Part shown: one piece after another, positions 52,028 to 64,000 of the stretch
How the letters are laid out: each line of letters starts with the position of its first letter
Numbering within the stretch: the stretch's first letter is position 1
Assembly (NCBI RefSeq): GCF_001194135.2
Contig: NC_068987.1
Span: forward strand, 11,394,643 to 11,458,642
Reading direction: 5' to 3'
Source of the DNA: Octopus bimaculoides
Lineage: Eukaryota
DNA: 64,000 nucleotides
Translations under genes and position numbers: made by a program
Notes under the pieces: model-generated
Seen by the model: the letters and a program-made list of their open reading frames with translations, nothing else
What the model was told of the DNA's origin: nothing
Databases searched by the model: none

Positions 52028-52890
52028 TAACAATAATATATAATGCATGTATAATGGAACAGCCTCCTCAGACTGCAGCAGCGCCGTGAAACAGAAATAA
52101 AATTTAAAACGTTATTCGTTCTGTTTGACCTAGTTGCAAATTCTCCATGGCCTGGTACTGGTCTGCAGCCCTGGTTATTGGGGACCCCTGGGTTAAAGCA
52201 TATCAATCATTGATTTGTGGGATTTTTTTTTTCCTTCTTGTCGTTAATAGAAAAAGAAAAAAAAAATCAAAGCAATTATTTATTATTATACTTTAACAAA
52301 GACATTTATTATCAAGTTGAAATTTGTCCAATTTTTTTTTTTCTGTTGAATCTTATTAAATTTCTTTTGACCACACTTGAAGTATTTCAAATTTTCACCA
52401 GATTATTTTTCAAATTTTCTACACTTGATGTAATTTCTTTCTTATTAATTTCAAGAAAGAAAAAAAAAAATGAACATGATGTTCATCAATATACAAAAAA
52501 GAAATACACTTATTTTGAAAATAATCTAGTGAAAATTTGAAATATTTTGAAAGGTTGGAAGAAATTTAACAATTGAGATACTGGTTCCATTATATAAGTC
52601 CTTGTTTTGGAGAGATCTAAATAAATAATGAAAAATAAACTTTCCATCAAAATTTCATGTTATGTTCCAAACACTAGCTTAATAAAACGACAATAGTTAT
52701 TTTACTAAATTCTCCATTATTTTCAAAATGAATTGAATTAAACAAATGCACTGTATTTTCACAGAAATATGGTAATGAAAAGGTTAACAAGATCTTTTTC
52801 ATGTTATTAAATGAGTTAACAGTTGTGCATTATTACAGTGTTTTAGTGAACTTTTGTAACTTTTTTCTTTTTTTCCTATGAGTTTGCTAG

Positions 52891-52931
52891 CTGAACAGAC
52901 TGCTCTTTCATATGCGAGTTTTAAAGTCTAA
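52891..52931 (+). CDS. Candidate terminal coding exon (A)EQTALSYASFKV*, PDZ-ligand-like C-terminus
   Basis: Long T tract, then tttgctag| acceptor; phase-1 frame ends S-F-K-V-stop; followed by ~2.7 kb without recognisable SINEs. Confidence 0.4.
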
Positions 52932-53372
52932 ACTTCTGTTGTCTTTTCTCCACAAACAGCAGCAGTTTTTCTCATATAATATTGATTATGTTATAGCTAC
53001 GTATTGATTAGTGTCATAAAACATTTTCTTCCTACAAAAGTAATAAATGTTCTCTAGTTCTTTCTATGATTATCATTCAGAGCCAAAAAAAGAAAAAGTA
53101 AAACGAACGGAGTCTTTCCCCCTATTTCATTTTTCTCTACTACCACCCCCAGGGTTTTTTCACCCCACCTCCACCTCTCATCTTGACAAGGAATTCGGTG
53201 TAAAAGATACTCTCTTTTCCCCACCGTCACTGCCACCCTAACAGTATATGCTTGTGTGTATGTGTGTATGTGTGTATGGCTTTGGGACACACTTTAGTGA
53301 TTCTACTACTGTGCGATATTTTTAGTAGGTACTGTTAGTATTAACAGCCGGCTAGCTCTCTCTGTCTCTCTT

Positions 53373-53404
<32 letters not shown>

Positions 53405-54742
53405 TCTCTACTTACTGACTGCCTGACTGTTTATTGAGGAAGTTTTGTTTCTTGTATGTGTAACTACTTCTTTTTTCGTTGCCTCTCTTTTCTTTCTTTC
53501 TAGGAAGTTCAACTTTGCCAAACAAAACTATCAAATGAGAAAATCTTATACCCCCCCCCTCTTTTCCTCCGCCACCATCATCTCTCTTCCCCCTTCTCTC
53601 TCTCTTTGGGCTAAAAATGTGAATGCTAAATAGAATTGATCTGGGCATTAATAGATGTTTTAAGGCTTTTCTCTTTCTATTCCTGTTTCCCTTTTGTCCT
53701 TAGAAATAAGTCTTGTCTTTTCATATATATTTCTCTTCTTTATTTCTATTCTTAATCTTGAAAACGAGTTATTTTTCTAAAATTATTCTCTCTTAGAATA
53801 TGTTTAGAAATTAGCAATGGTGTAATGCGAGTCATTCAGTTATAAATACCTCAACAAATAAACTTATTCACCTCGTTTTGACCCAACTCCTCAAGGAATC
53901 TCTGTGTAATATATATGTTTTGAATACACACACACGCATACATATATATATATTATATTATATATTCTGTGTGTGCTGTGAAATTTTGAATTCGTGAAGA
54001 GGGGGGGAAAATATGGTTTTTAGGTTGCGGTTTTTCTTTTTAAATTCCACATTTTAGTTTATTTCTCTTGGCTGATTGAATAGAAATGAAACCAGTTTTA
54101 TTGCATATAACGTCTCTTTTTAAAAAATTCATTAATGATATTATAACCTACACTGTATGCGTGTGTGTCTTGAATCTATTAGTGTTCTTTTTGTGGGTTC
54201 GTTAGTAGTGGCTGCTGTCGTCATTCGTGGCTTCTACGTCTCACATCTCATCTCGTCCCTTTTCAAATTGTTGTTTTTCCTACACCACACATCTATATCT
54301 AGATTAGCCTCAATACGCACTCACTGTATTGATTTTTCCTGCCCGTGACAGTTTGGTTCATTCAAGCTTCCATTTCTAAATTACTCCCTCTTTATGTGTG
54401 TGTGTGTTTAGGTAGATATTTTGTCTATTCCCTCGAAATCCTTGTGTGTATGTGAATATACATACATGCATTATATATGTGCGTGTGTATGTTTTTATAC
54501 ATGCATATATATATATATATATTATATATTTCCCTTTAATCTTAAAGCCTCTGTGTGTGTATGAGTATATATATATATATACGCATATATATTTATATGT
54601 ATGAGTGCATATTTATATGTATGAATATATATATGTATATATATACACACACACATATATATATATATATACACGCATATATATTTATATGTATGAGTGT
54701 ATATTTATATTTATATGTATGAATATATATATGTATATACAT

Positions 54743-54779
<37 letters not shown>

Positions 54780-55560
54780 AGTATGAGTATATATATATAT
54801 ATCTGTGTATATATAAAATATATAACCTCCCTTTTTGTGTGTGTGTGTATAGTTTTTATTGTAACAACATAAAAACAAACGTGTGTGTGTATATATATAT
54901 ATATATAGTATAAAAGGGAATATTATACACATGTGTGTGTGTGATATTCCCCCTTGTGTATGCGTGTATAATATTCCCTCTCCGTGTATGTGTGTGTGTA
55001 CATATGTAATATTTCCTTTTCTGTTCTGTGTATATCTAGTTAATTGCATCTGGTTTTTACGTGCACACTGCTGTCACCAGCTATCCAACAGCTAACGATA
55101 GCAATACTCTTTCCATCTCTCTAACTGTAAGCACATGCCCATGTATGCATAATCATTATATATATATATATCCATATATACACACATACACACATATATA
55201 AATCTATATATGCTACTTTGCTGAAATTGTTAAATGTTTTATTTACGAAAAATATTTTCTCCCTCCTTCCCTAGCCATGGTATAACTGGTAACTGGAACT
55301 ATATTACTATTCTGTGTCAAGATGTCACCAGGTAAAAGAAAAAAGAAAGAAAACCTGGTGAGCTTGCCATTGCACTGCTACTCAAAAGTTTATCTTGTAA
55401 AAACCTTCAAAAAAAAAGAAATTGTTTGGCAATGTGCGTGTGTGCATGCTTGTATGTATGTATGCGTGCGTGAGTTGTAATTATTCTTGAGATGTGTGGG
55501 GATTTGTAATTTAGTATTAATAAATGAGTGTGTTTTTTTTTTTTTAATAAAAAAAGAAAG
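52932..55560 (+). other. Putative 3' UTR of the plus-strand gene
   Basis: No recognisable SINE or MITE over ~2.6 kb in a repeat-saturated window; CT/TG/TA tracts; AATAAA at ~55519 and ~55547. Inference only. Confidence 0.3.
53504..53538 (+). CDS. Candidate alternative terminal exon (G)SSTLPNKTIK* in phase 1, or RKFNFAKQNYQMRKSY... to 53633 in phase 2
   Basis: TAAC branch-like motif at 53461, then a ~35-nt pyrimidine tract ending tttctag|G. Confidence 0.3.
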
Positions 55561-57361
55561 CTTGCATTCTTAATATATCTTGCTGTTCGGCCTCAGGCCA
55601 GCTCGGTCGGGATCCATTAGATGTTTAACCAAAGGCATTCCATGCATGGCTATCTGTTTTAGCGGGGTAAAATAGGACTTGCCTTAATCTAATGTGCCCG
55701 TTTATTTATTCATTTATTTATTTTCCTTCTTTTTTTTTTGTCTTTCTTTTTTGTAGCAGTCGAGTGGTTTTTTTTAAGGGAAGGGATTTGGCTGCTATTT
55801 CTGGCATGTAGACTCTGCATGGATATTTATTTGGATCCTGAGTAAAATAATCCCAGGATTGATGTGTTTCTTCTGCTTTTATACAGCCTATTCTATCGCA
55901 AAAAAAAAGATTTTCTTATAGAATTACCATAACCGTTCAATATACTGTTGTTTAATAACCAAAAAAAAAATACTTTGGTGCTAAAATAAATTCCAACCCT
56001 ATTTTCCCATGGCTTTGTTCTACGATATTAAGATCAATATATACTAATACAGAAGAGGCACCAACCAAACATATATATGTTGAATAAATGAATAGCACTT
56101 AGTTTTTTGATAGTTCTTCACCTTAATAATTAAATGTTTATGAATTATTAGCTATTTACGATTTGTAAACTTGATAATTTATTCGAAAAAATCTAATTAT
56201 TAAAGTAGAAAAATTATCAGAAAAGTCACTATTTATTTTTTCAAATATATAATACTGTACAAAGGACTTTGTATTTCTTATTCTATGACACACATTACAG
56301 TTTGGTGCTCACCATCTCCCGTCGAATCGTCCGACCCAAGGGAAACGAATATTTAATGATAATATTGGTTTCTACATACACATACGCGCATTCTTTAAAA
56401 TCTTCCTATCTTGTTCTGTAAAAGTGTTGGGATGGAATAAGCGTTGGAGTGAGTGGGAAGTGGAAAATATGTAATGTTTTGCGGAAGAGTACCTCTCTTC
56501 ATTGAAAGACGATTAAAAAGATATTTGATATTTTCTGTTGAGTCATTAAAATTGGGGTTTTACATAGCACAACCCTCTGTTAAATACTAACACAGAATAG
56601 AATAAGTTGGAATCGAATATAGATATATGTTACTTAGGTAAGCTCGTTGTCAGCTTACTACATTGTTTGTCTATGATGCTAGTAGAACAATAATATGTGT
56701 GTGTGTGTGTGTTCTTTTACCTGTTTCTGTCATATGACTACAACCATGCTGTAGTATTGCCTTTTAGTCGAAGGAATCGACCCCAGGACTTATTCGTTGT
56801 GAGCCTGGTATTTTTTCTCTGTCTCTTGCCTAACTGCTAAGTCACCGGGGCCAAACAGACACAGACATAAATATGTGTGTGTGTGTGTGTATAAATTTAA
56901 TTAGAGGTTTCATCCAAGGAAATACTGGTTCAATACCGGGTATTTTGGGGGAATGAATTTCCTTAAAATAATAGGTATATATATAAAAACATAGTTTATA
57001 TTCATTTTAAAGAAGAGTAGTAATTGAAACGGCTGTAAGTGAAGATAACCATTTTGCTGTTAAATAATAAACAATTATTGACTTCCTAATCTCCATTTTC
57101 TCTTCTTTTTAAACGATTAATTTAATATAATGATAAAATCTGCATAAGAATTTATCAAGTTAGCCAGCATGTAAAACCGATTAAGGGGAAAATTTAAACA
57201 AAATATTTAATTATTCCCTTTAAATATAAATACATTCATTATATTAAGGGCTATAACTACATGTAAATGCCTCACACTATAATGAATGTATGTCTGTACG
57301 TACATAATAATAATAATAATAATAATAATATATAAATATATGCATATATACATACATACAT

Positions 57362-57770
57362 ATTTTCAAGAAGAGGGAGAATGAATATGTTTTTTACAAA
57401 GAAGTACAAAATGAAGAATATAATATATAAAAAAATAAATATACCAATACATTATATTGTCTTTGAGCTTTTAAAGTTCAATGGTAATTCATGTATATAA
57501 TGGTTGGAAAAATAAGGATGCATGAGAATTGAGAGTTGTGTTAGGTTTAAAAAAAGGGCTAAAAGTTTGTGTTAAGCAGGAAGTGTGGTGTCAAAACAGG
57601 AAGTGTATGTAAGAGGAAACAAATGTTTTTAGTTGGAGTTATGAACTCTGCTGAAAAAGAGTTCATAACTCCAAATAAAAAGATTTGTCTCCCCTTACAC
57701 ACACTTCCTGTTTTGACACCACACTTCCTGCTTAACACAAACTTTTAGCCCATTTTTTTAAACCTAACAG
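57362..57770 (+). repeat. Hairpin-ended dispersed repeat, copy 2 (complete)
   Basis: ~175 bp unique 5' part, then arms 57539-57649 and 57658-57769 around the loop gctgaaaa. Confidence 0.9.
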
Positions 57771-57993
57771 GAACGTGAAACTCTGAGTAACAGTTTTTTG
57801 CAGCTTTAACAAAAGTATATTACTCTATCTTCGCTATTCAAGTACTATTTTCTCCGCCTTGTGTGTGTGTGTGTGTGTGTGTGTATGAATGAAAAATAAG
57901 GATAAATACAAGTTTATATTGCAGTTCCTTTGTGCATTTCACCATTACGGCTGTTTGGAATCTTGAAAATAGGTGTTCCAAGTACATTTAGAT

Positions 57994-58240
57994 CAGTGTT
58001 CTCAATTAGGGTGCATATGACCCTTTGGGATTTAATATAAGATTTTTTAAATTAAAATTTGTGAAATAAATGGATTATACTCCTTCAATTTACCAAATAA
58101 CTTAATTTTTTATTAATGAAATTTTAAATGATATTTAATTCTAAAAATATGAGATTTTTTTTAACATCAAATGGCTACAAGTGAAATAGAGAGATTGGAT
58201 GGGTCCCTAGATAAAAAAAAAAAATGGTTGAGGATCACTG
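57994..58240. mobile_element. hAT MITE with degenerate 8-bp TSD
   Basis: Ends CAGTGTTCTCAA and TTGAGGATCACTG. Flanks ATTTAGAT and ATTTGGTT match at 6 of 8. Confidence 0.75.
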
Positions 58241-58295
58241 ATTTGGTTGCTTAAATAGACTGGATCATCAAGGAATACTTTTTATTGCATTAAGT

Positions 58296-58326
<31 letters not shown>

Positions 58327-58344
58327 CAAAGAAGAAAAGGAAGA

Positions 58345-58520
58345 TACATCATCATCATCATCGTCTAGATCCCTGAACTGATGTAGCCAGTCATTGGGGA
58401 GCCACTCTGGACTCTTTATAGCCATTGCCACTGGTGTTTATTCTCTGGCATGCATAGCAGGGTCTCTGTGTTGCAAACTGTCCAGTCTTTGATGTTGTCA
58501 AACCAGCACTTTCATTCATG
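58345..58520 (-). mobile_element. RTE/BovB-like LINE 3' end
   Basis: Minus frame KCWFDNIKDWTVCNTETLLCMPENKHQW, like RTE-BovB KRWLDNIKEWT...; (GAT)n tail. Confidence 0.7.
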
Positions 58521-59120
58521 TACATTCACACACACACACGCACATATATATATATACATATATACATACATACATGCGGATCCTATCCTTCTGACTGGCT
58601 TTGGAGTACTTAATCTGTGGAATTCTTTCTACCATCAGATCACATCACCTTATTCATTCGGAGTACCTTGATTATATATATATAAAATATATTTCTAACT
58701 TTACCATTGTTCTCTTTATCCTTTTATATATTTATACATACACACGCTAATACACGACTTATAATCCCCAATCCTGTTCATACAACGACAGGGGCAAAAC
58801 TAGCCGGTATACAACACTTACTCGGTATTACCTGTATCTTTGGGGTTTGGTTAAATCCAATACCCTCCTTAACCATATATATATATATATANNNNNNNNN
58901 NNNNNNNNNNNNNNNNNNNNNNNNNNNNNNNNNNNNNNNNNNNNNNNNNNNNNNNNNNNNNNNNNNNNNNNNNNNNNNNNNNNNNNNNNNNNNNNNNNNN
59001 NNNNNNNNNNNNNNNNNNNNNNNNNNNGGAACTTCCCATTAAACTTCTATATCATTCTATGTCCGAAACATCAGCTTAGTAAAAAGGAAATTATTTTACG
59101 CTATTCATCATCATCTTTCA

Positions 59121-59352
59121 ACCCTTTAACATTCAAACCAGCCATATCCGGTCAAACACTTGTGCCTGTTTTATGGTCAAACTGACCAGATCTGGCTTCT
59201 CACGACAACCCTACAATATCATTCTAAAAAAAATAAATGACCACATTGCCAAAATCTCAAATCTACGAGATAATGCATGATTAATTCAAAACAATGTGAA
59301 TAAATAGGTATTGCATTTGACAGGAAAACCTGAATGCCAAAGGCTTGAATTA
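59121..59352 (+). mobile_element. TTAA MITE family 1
   Basis: accctttaacattcaaaccagccatatccgg ... ctgaatgccaaaggc. Confidence 0.8.
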
Positions 59353-59838
59353 AGTGAAAGAAAAAAATCGAAGTGTATTCCAATAGACAGTATCCACCAG
59401 ACTAGACCAGACTGCGGTTATACACCACTGGCCACAATGTACTTCCTGGCATTGATACCAACTTGCCAGTAATAAGAGTTAATCCTTTCTCACTAATCCT
59501 CTTCAACACTATATTAATCGGTGTAATTTTGTTATGAAACTTTATTCTGCTTATGTCCCCCCCACCCCGCTCTCTTTCTCTCTCTGTGCTTCAAGTTCTA
59601 TAGATTTTTTTCCCCCCTCCTTTTTTATACTACTTTGAAATGTTGTGACTGGGGGTACAAAGCTAGGTACTCTAATAATTTCAATTCCTCTCTTTCACTG
59701 ATCCTGAAACCTCAATTTCTCAACAGTAGATATCGATCATAATTTGAATAGATTAAATAAAATTGTATTTAAACTAAATAAGAAATTGTTAAAAATATCT
59801 AAACACCTTCGTGAATTTTGTGTTACCCTGTGTGTATA

Positions 59839-60059
59839 TATGAAGGGGTGCTGAAAAGTTCCTGACTTTAAGGGCATCATGATAGGCCTGGTTGGAGGTC
59901 CAAACTTCCAAGTTCTTTTATGAGGCTTAGAATAATGAATGACTGCTGCAATAAGTGTGTGAATCAGAGAGGGGAATATGTTCAAGGAAATAATAATTAA
60001 CTGTTTCCTTTGTATTTTCTTTTACCCAAAACCAAGAAAATTGTCAGTACCCCCTTGTG
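59839..60059 (+). mobile_element. Mariner-derived MITE
   Basis: TA-tgaaggggtgctgaaaagttcc left end; degenerate right TIR; same body as 19507-19702. Confidence 0.75.
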
Positions 60060-60852
60060 TGTGGCTGTGTGGTTAAGAAGCTTGCTTTGCAGCTACATAG
60101 TTTGGGGTTCAACCGTTCTGCTGGGCAAGTGTCTTCTACTGTAGCTCCAAGCTGAACAAAGCCTGCGTGTGAATTCAGCTGGCAGAAATTAAAATATATC
60201 CTCTTACCCTAGCAACACAATGGCTAATAATTAATAAATACCACTGCCATACAGACTGTGCTCTTTATGTGAAAATCTAAGGAGAAATTAGGGTTGGCAA
60301 CTGGAAGAGCATCTGGGTGTTAAAAATCTCCCTCAGCATATTTCATGTGTGTGTATCTACACAGGAGTAGAGGGACACTGATTATGTAGGTTTACAGTTT
60401 AAGTGCCTCTTTCGCATTCATATATTAACATTTAGGTTTTAATTATAAATAAATATGAAACCATTATTCTATGCTAATTTAGTTAATTTTGTTAAGCGCC
60501 CCTTTCAGTTTGTAAGATAGAAATTTAAATGTAATAAAATGTTTTAAAAGAAATTTAAAGTGCCTATGTGATAACTGTAAACCTACTTTTGGGCCACCCA
60601 GTATATTAAAAACAATGTGACTCTAGTAGAATAGTTCACAGACATACAGCCTATATACTAAAAGCATATGTATTAAGGTCTTGTGTGTAAGCCCTTTTGC
60701 TACCAACCTGCCTGAGTTTATCTCTGCTTCTATGATACAAAACTTATTGTTTTAAAGTTATTTGAATTAAACTTTCCATGAAAAGTTTAAGTTATGTTGC
60801 AAACACAAACTTTATAGTGACAAAGTTATTTTACTAATATCGTTATATTTGG

Positions 60853-61168
60853 GATGCATGGCTCAGTGGTTAGAGCGTCAGGCTCACAATCATGAGGTAG
60901 TGAGTTCAATTCCCAGACCGGGCTGTGTGTTATGTTCTGGAGCAAGACACTTCATTTCATGTTGCTCCAGTTCACTCAGCTGTAGAAATGAATTGCAACT
61001 TCACTTTGCCTTTCCTTTTGATAACATGGGTGGCGTGGAGAGGAGAGGCTGATATGCATGGGTAACTGCTGGTCTTCCAAAAACAACCTTGCCCAGACTT
61101 GTGCCTCGGAGGGGAACTTTCTAGGTGCAATATCATGGTCATTCGTGACTGATGGAAGTTTTTACCCT
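60853..61168 (+). mobile_element. SINE family D (CORE-like)
   Basis: Closely matches 27406-27735. Confidence 0.9.
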
Positions 61169-61409
61169 TTATATTTGGGGATGGTCATATTTTGCCCTTT
61201 AAACACATAACCTATATATTTGGTCTTCTCTTCAGCTTTATTATATATATATATATAGTGCATGTGTTTAATTGACAAAATACAACCTCCCCCATATATA
61301 ACAATATCTGCTTAAACACGATTTCACATTGAGAATCTTGCAAAACAAATACCTTATTTTACTAAATTTTTTTCATTTGCAAAATTAAAGAAAGAAGGCT
61401 TTTTTTTTA

Positions 61410-61830
61410 GTTTAGGCAGAAGGCCCAAAATTTCGGGGAGGGGACCACTGGATTAGATTGACCCCAGTATGCAACTGGTACTTGTATCGACCCTGAAAGG
61501 ATGAAAGGCGAAGTCGGCCTTGGCGGAATTTGAACTGAGAACATAAAGACAGATGAAATACCACTAAGCATTTCATCCAGTGTGTTAACATTTCTTATTT
61601 CTTTTACTGCCCACAAGGGGCTACACACAGAAGGTACAAACAAGGACAGATAAAGGGATTAAGTCGATTACATCGACCCCAGTGTGTAACTGGTACTTAA
61701 TTTATCGACCCCGAAAAGATGAAAGGCAAAGTCGACCTCGGCAGAATTTGAACTCAGAACGTAACGGCAAAAGAAATACCGCTAAGAATTTTGCCCGGCG
61801 TGCTAACGTTTCTGCCACCTCACCACCTTA
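61410..61830 (-). mobile_element. Two adjacent or nested SINE family C copies; the younger is ~61594-61830
   Basis: Both show the C core. The younger copy has a full head and the tail gcagtaaaagaaataa. Confidence 0.85.
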
Positions 61831-62594
61831 GAAGACGTATATATTTGAATGGAAGTATCGTGACAAAAGGGTTGACAACTTTAGTAAACTTATATTATCC
61901 AAACAATCAGTTGATAAAAAAAATCCCTGGGGTGTTTAAATGAAAACACATGCAAGAGAAATACTTTTCAATTAGCAAATGCTGAATCAAGCGAATCTGA
62001 TATTCTGAACTGGTTCTGTAATACAAATTCAATGTTTTTAAAGTAATCTAAATTAAAGACTTTCTTCAAAATTTTAAATGTTAATTCTTGTTCCAAAACC
62101 CCAAAGTTATAATGATAACAAAATTGTTTTAACTAAATTCTTTATTTTCAAAATTAATTTGAAAACAAAAGCATATTTTAGCAGAAATACAGTAGCAACT
62201 TCTAAGTGGTTTTTATTTTTTAATGTCACAAGCTTTATAATAACCAACTTATTAAAATATATGTGATGCTGGTTGGCAAAGTATTTGAGAAACATTAGTA
62301 GCCATTATAAATACATTCATTATGTAAATGTTTACTATCTGACAGTGATGATAAATTCAGCATTACTTTCATCTATCATTGACAAACATTCAGATGTTTG
62401 ATCATCTGAGCTTACCTATTTGTGGAATTACTACTACTAACCTTTTGCTTTAACAGACATGTGTGGTACCCTTATCTTAACTCTCAAGTCATATCAGTAG
62501 GACACAATGTTGGACCTTCAAATTAAATTATAGGTGTTTCTGCTGAGTTTTTGTCTACCCGGTTTAACTCACTAAGCTCGAAGACCTGTCGGGG

Positions 62595-62950
62595 CAAGCG
62601 AAAGCGAAATCGTGATGGCACCTGTGCTCAGCGCCACCTTTCTGGCACATGTAAAAACTTTCGAGCGAGATCGTTGCCAGTGCCGCTGGACTGTCTCCCA
62701 TGCAGGTGGCACATCAATTACACCATTTCTAGCGTGGCCGTTGCCAGTACCGCCTGACTGGCCTTCGTGCCGGTGTCACATAAAAGCACCCACTACACTC
62801 TAGGAGTGGTTGGTGTTAGGAAGGGCATCCAGCTGTAGAAACTCTGCCAAATCAGATTGGAGCCTGGTGTAGCCATCTAGTTCAACAGTCCTCAGTCAAA
62901 TCGTCCAACCCATGCTAGCATGGAAAGCATACATTAAACGATGATGATGA
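62595..62950 (+). mobile_element. RTE-type 3' UTR/tail (family E), longest copy
   Basis: GC-richer 3' UTR ending catgctagcatggaaag...(gat)n. Confidence 0.8.
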
Positions 62951-63124
62951 TGCCCTAAAAGCCACAAACCTATACTAAAAAAAACGCCCTAGAAGCCACA
63001 AGATCTGAGTGAAATGTTCTTCTTAATTACTCAGCCTTACCTACTACATTTAACTTGATTTTAGAAACTTTAACAGTTTCTACCGAAATCATAACCATTA
63101 TCAAGCTCATTCAACTTCATGTTT

Positions 63125-63348
63125 AATCCTTTAGCATTTCAACTGGCTGCATCCAGCCTAAATATTCTGTCCTATGTTCAAACCAGTGAGATCCAACCTC
63201 TCACACCTGCACATTGATGTCATTCTAAAAATATACAATCACATCATTGAAATATCAAAACTACAAAAGTAATGCATGATTAATTCAAAACGATGTGGAT
63301 GAGCAAGCATTACGTTTGACCGAGTAATCTGAATGCGAAGGGGTTTAA
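63125..63348 (+). mobile_element. TTAA MITE family 1 (diverged)
   Basis: ttaatcctttagcatt ... ctgaatgcgaaggggtttaa. Confidence 0.75.
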
Positions 63349-63663
63349 ATCATAAATTCTTCATTTTGTTTATTTATTTATTTATTTTAACTTTTTCTAC
63401 TTGTTTCGCTCATTAGACTACAGCCATGCTTAAACTCTGTCTCTCGAGGGTTTCAGCTGATTGTGTTGATTATACCAACCTGAATACTTCGTCTGGTATT
63501 TATTTTATTGGATCTCAAATGAAAGATAAATCCAAGTAGGAGTAAAGATACATAAAAAAAGGGCATAACAAAATATATTTTTTAAAAGTCTTAAAGTATT
63601 TTTGCAAGTACTAAGTTTACAAGGAACACGGACTTTAAATCACACACCTAAACACACATTATA

Positions 63664-64000
63664 TGTTGTTGTTGTTGGCACTCCGTCGCTTACGACGTCG
63701 AGGGTTCCAGATCCGATCAACGGAACAGCCTGCTCGTGAAATTAACGTGCAAGTGGCTGAGCACTCCACAGACACGTCTACCCTTAACGTAGTTCTCGGG
63801 GAGATTCAGCGTGACACAGTGTGACAAGGCTGACCCTTTGAATTACAGGCACAACAGAAACAGGAAGAAAGAATGAGAGAAAGTTGTGGTGAAAGAGTAC
63901 AGCAGGGTTCGCCACCATCCCCTGCCGGAGCCTCGTGGAGCTTTTTAGGTGTTTTCGCTCAATTAACACTCACAACGCCCGGTCTAGGAATCGAAACCGC
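63664..64000 (-). mobile_element. SINE family A, cut by the window end
   Basis: (AAC)n tail and body near-identical to 13665-14050. Confidence 0.95.

Noticed and set aside
52217-52540. 107-aa ORF ending YFENNLVKI*, superficially like an AMPA-receptor SVKI tail
   Set aside because: Extremely AT-rich with poly-A and poly-T runs, and no glutamate-receptor sequence anywhere in the window.
55368-55390. cattgcactg resembling a miR-25/92 seed
   Set aside because: The rest of the mature sequence does not match, and there is no precursor hairpin around it.

Overview
AT-rich, repeat-saturated eukaryotic DNA with seven N gaps. The tRNA-derived SINE families, RTE-type LINE relics and very dense (TA)/(CA)/(GATA) microsatellites most resemble an octopus (coleoid cephalopod) genome; this is inferred from repeat content, not from a search. 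There is no long ORF, and nearly all ORFs in the supplied track are microsatellite, SINE or N-gap artefacts. I found no rRNA, true tRNA, CRISPR or intact transposase gene. Much of the window is SINEs (at least 4 families plus RTE 3' tails), TTAA (piggyBac-type), mariner and hAT MITEs, and decayed LINE fragments. The unique DNA looks intronic. It holds a series of candidate very short plus-strand exons that can be spliced into a C-terminus ending in a PDZ-type motif (...SYASFKV*), followed by a repeat-poor putative 3' UTR. It also holds a minus-strand TATA/MEF2 promoter whose first exon ends exactly at ATG|GTAAGT. Neither gene could be named, and all exon calls are tentative. The structural oddities are a ~110-bp-arm hairpin element present twice, a hairpin covering a candidate splice acceptor, a Penelope-type hammerhead core inside an inverted repeat, a near-identical inverted SINE pair, and MITEs repeatedly nested at the same TTAA.
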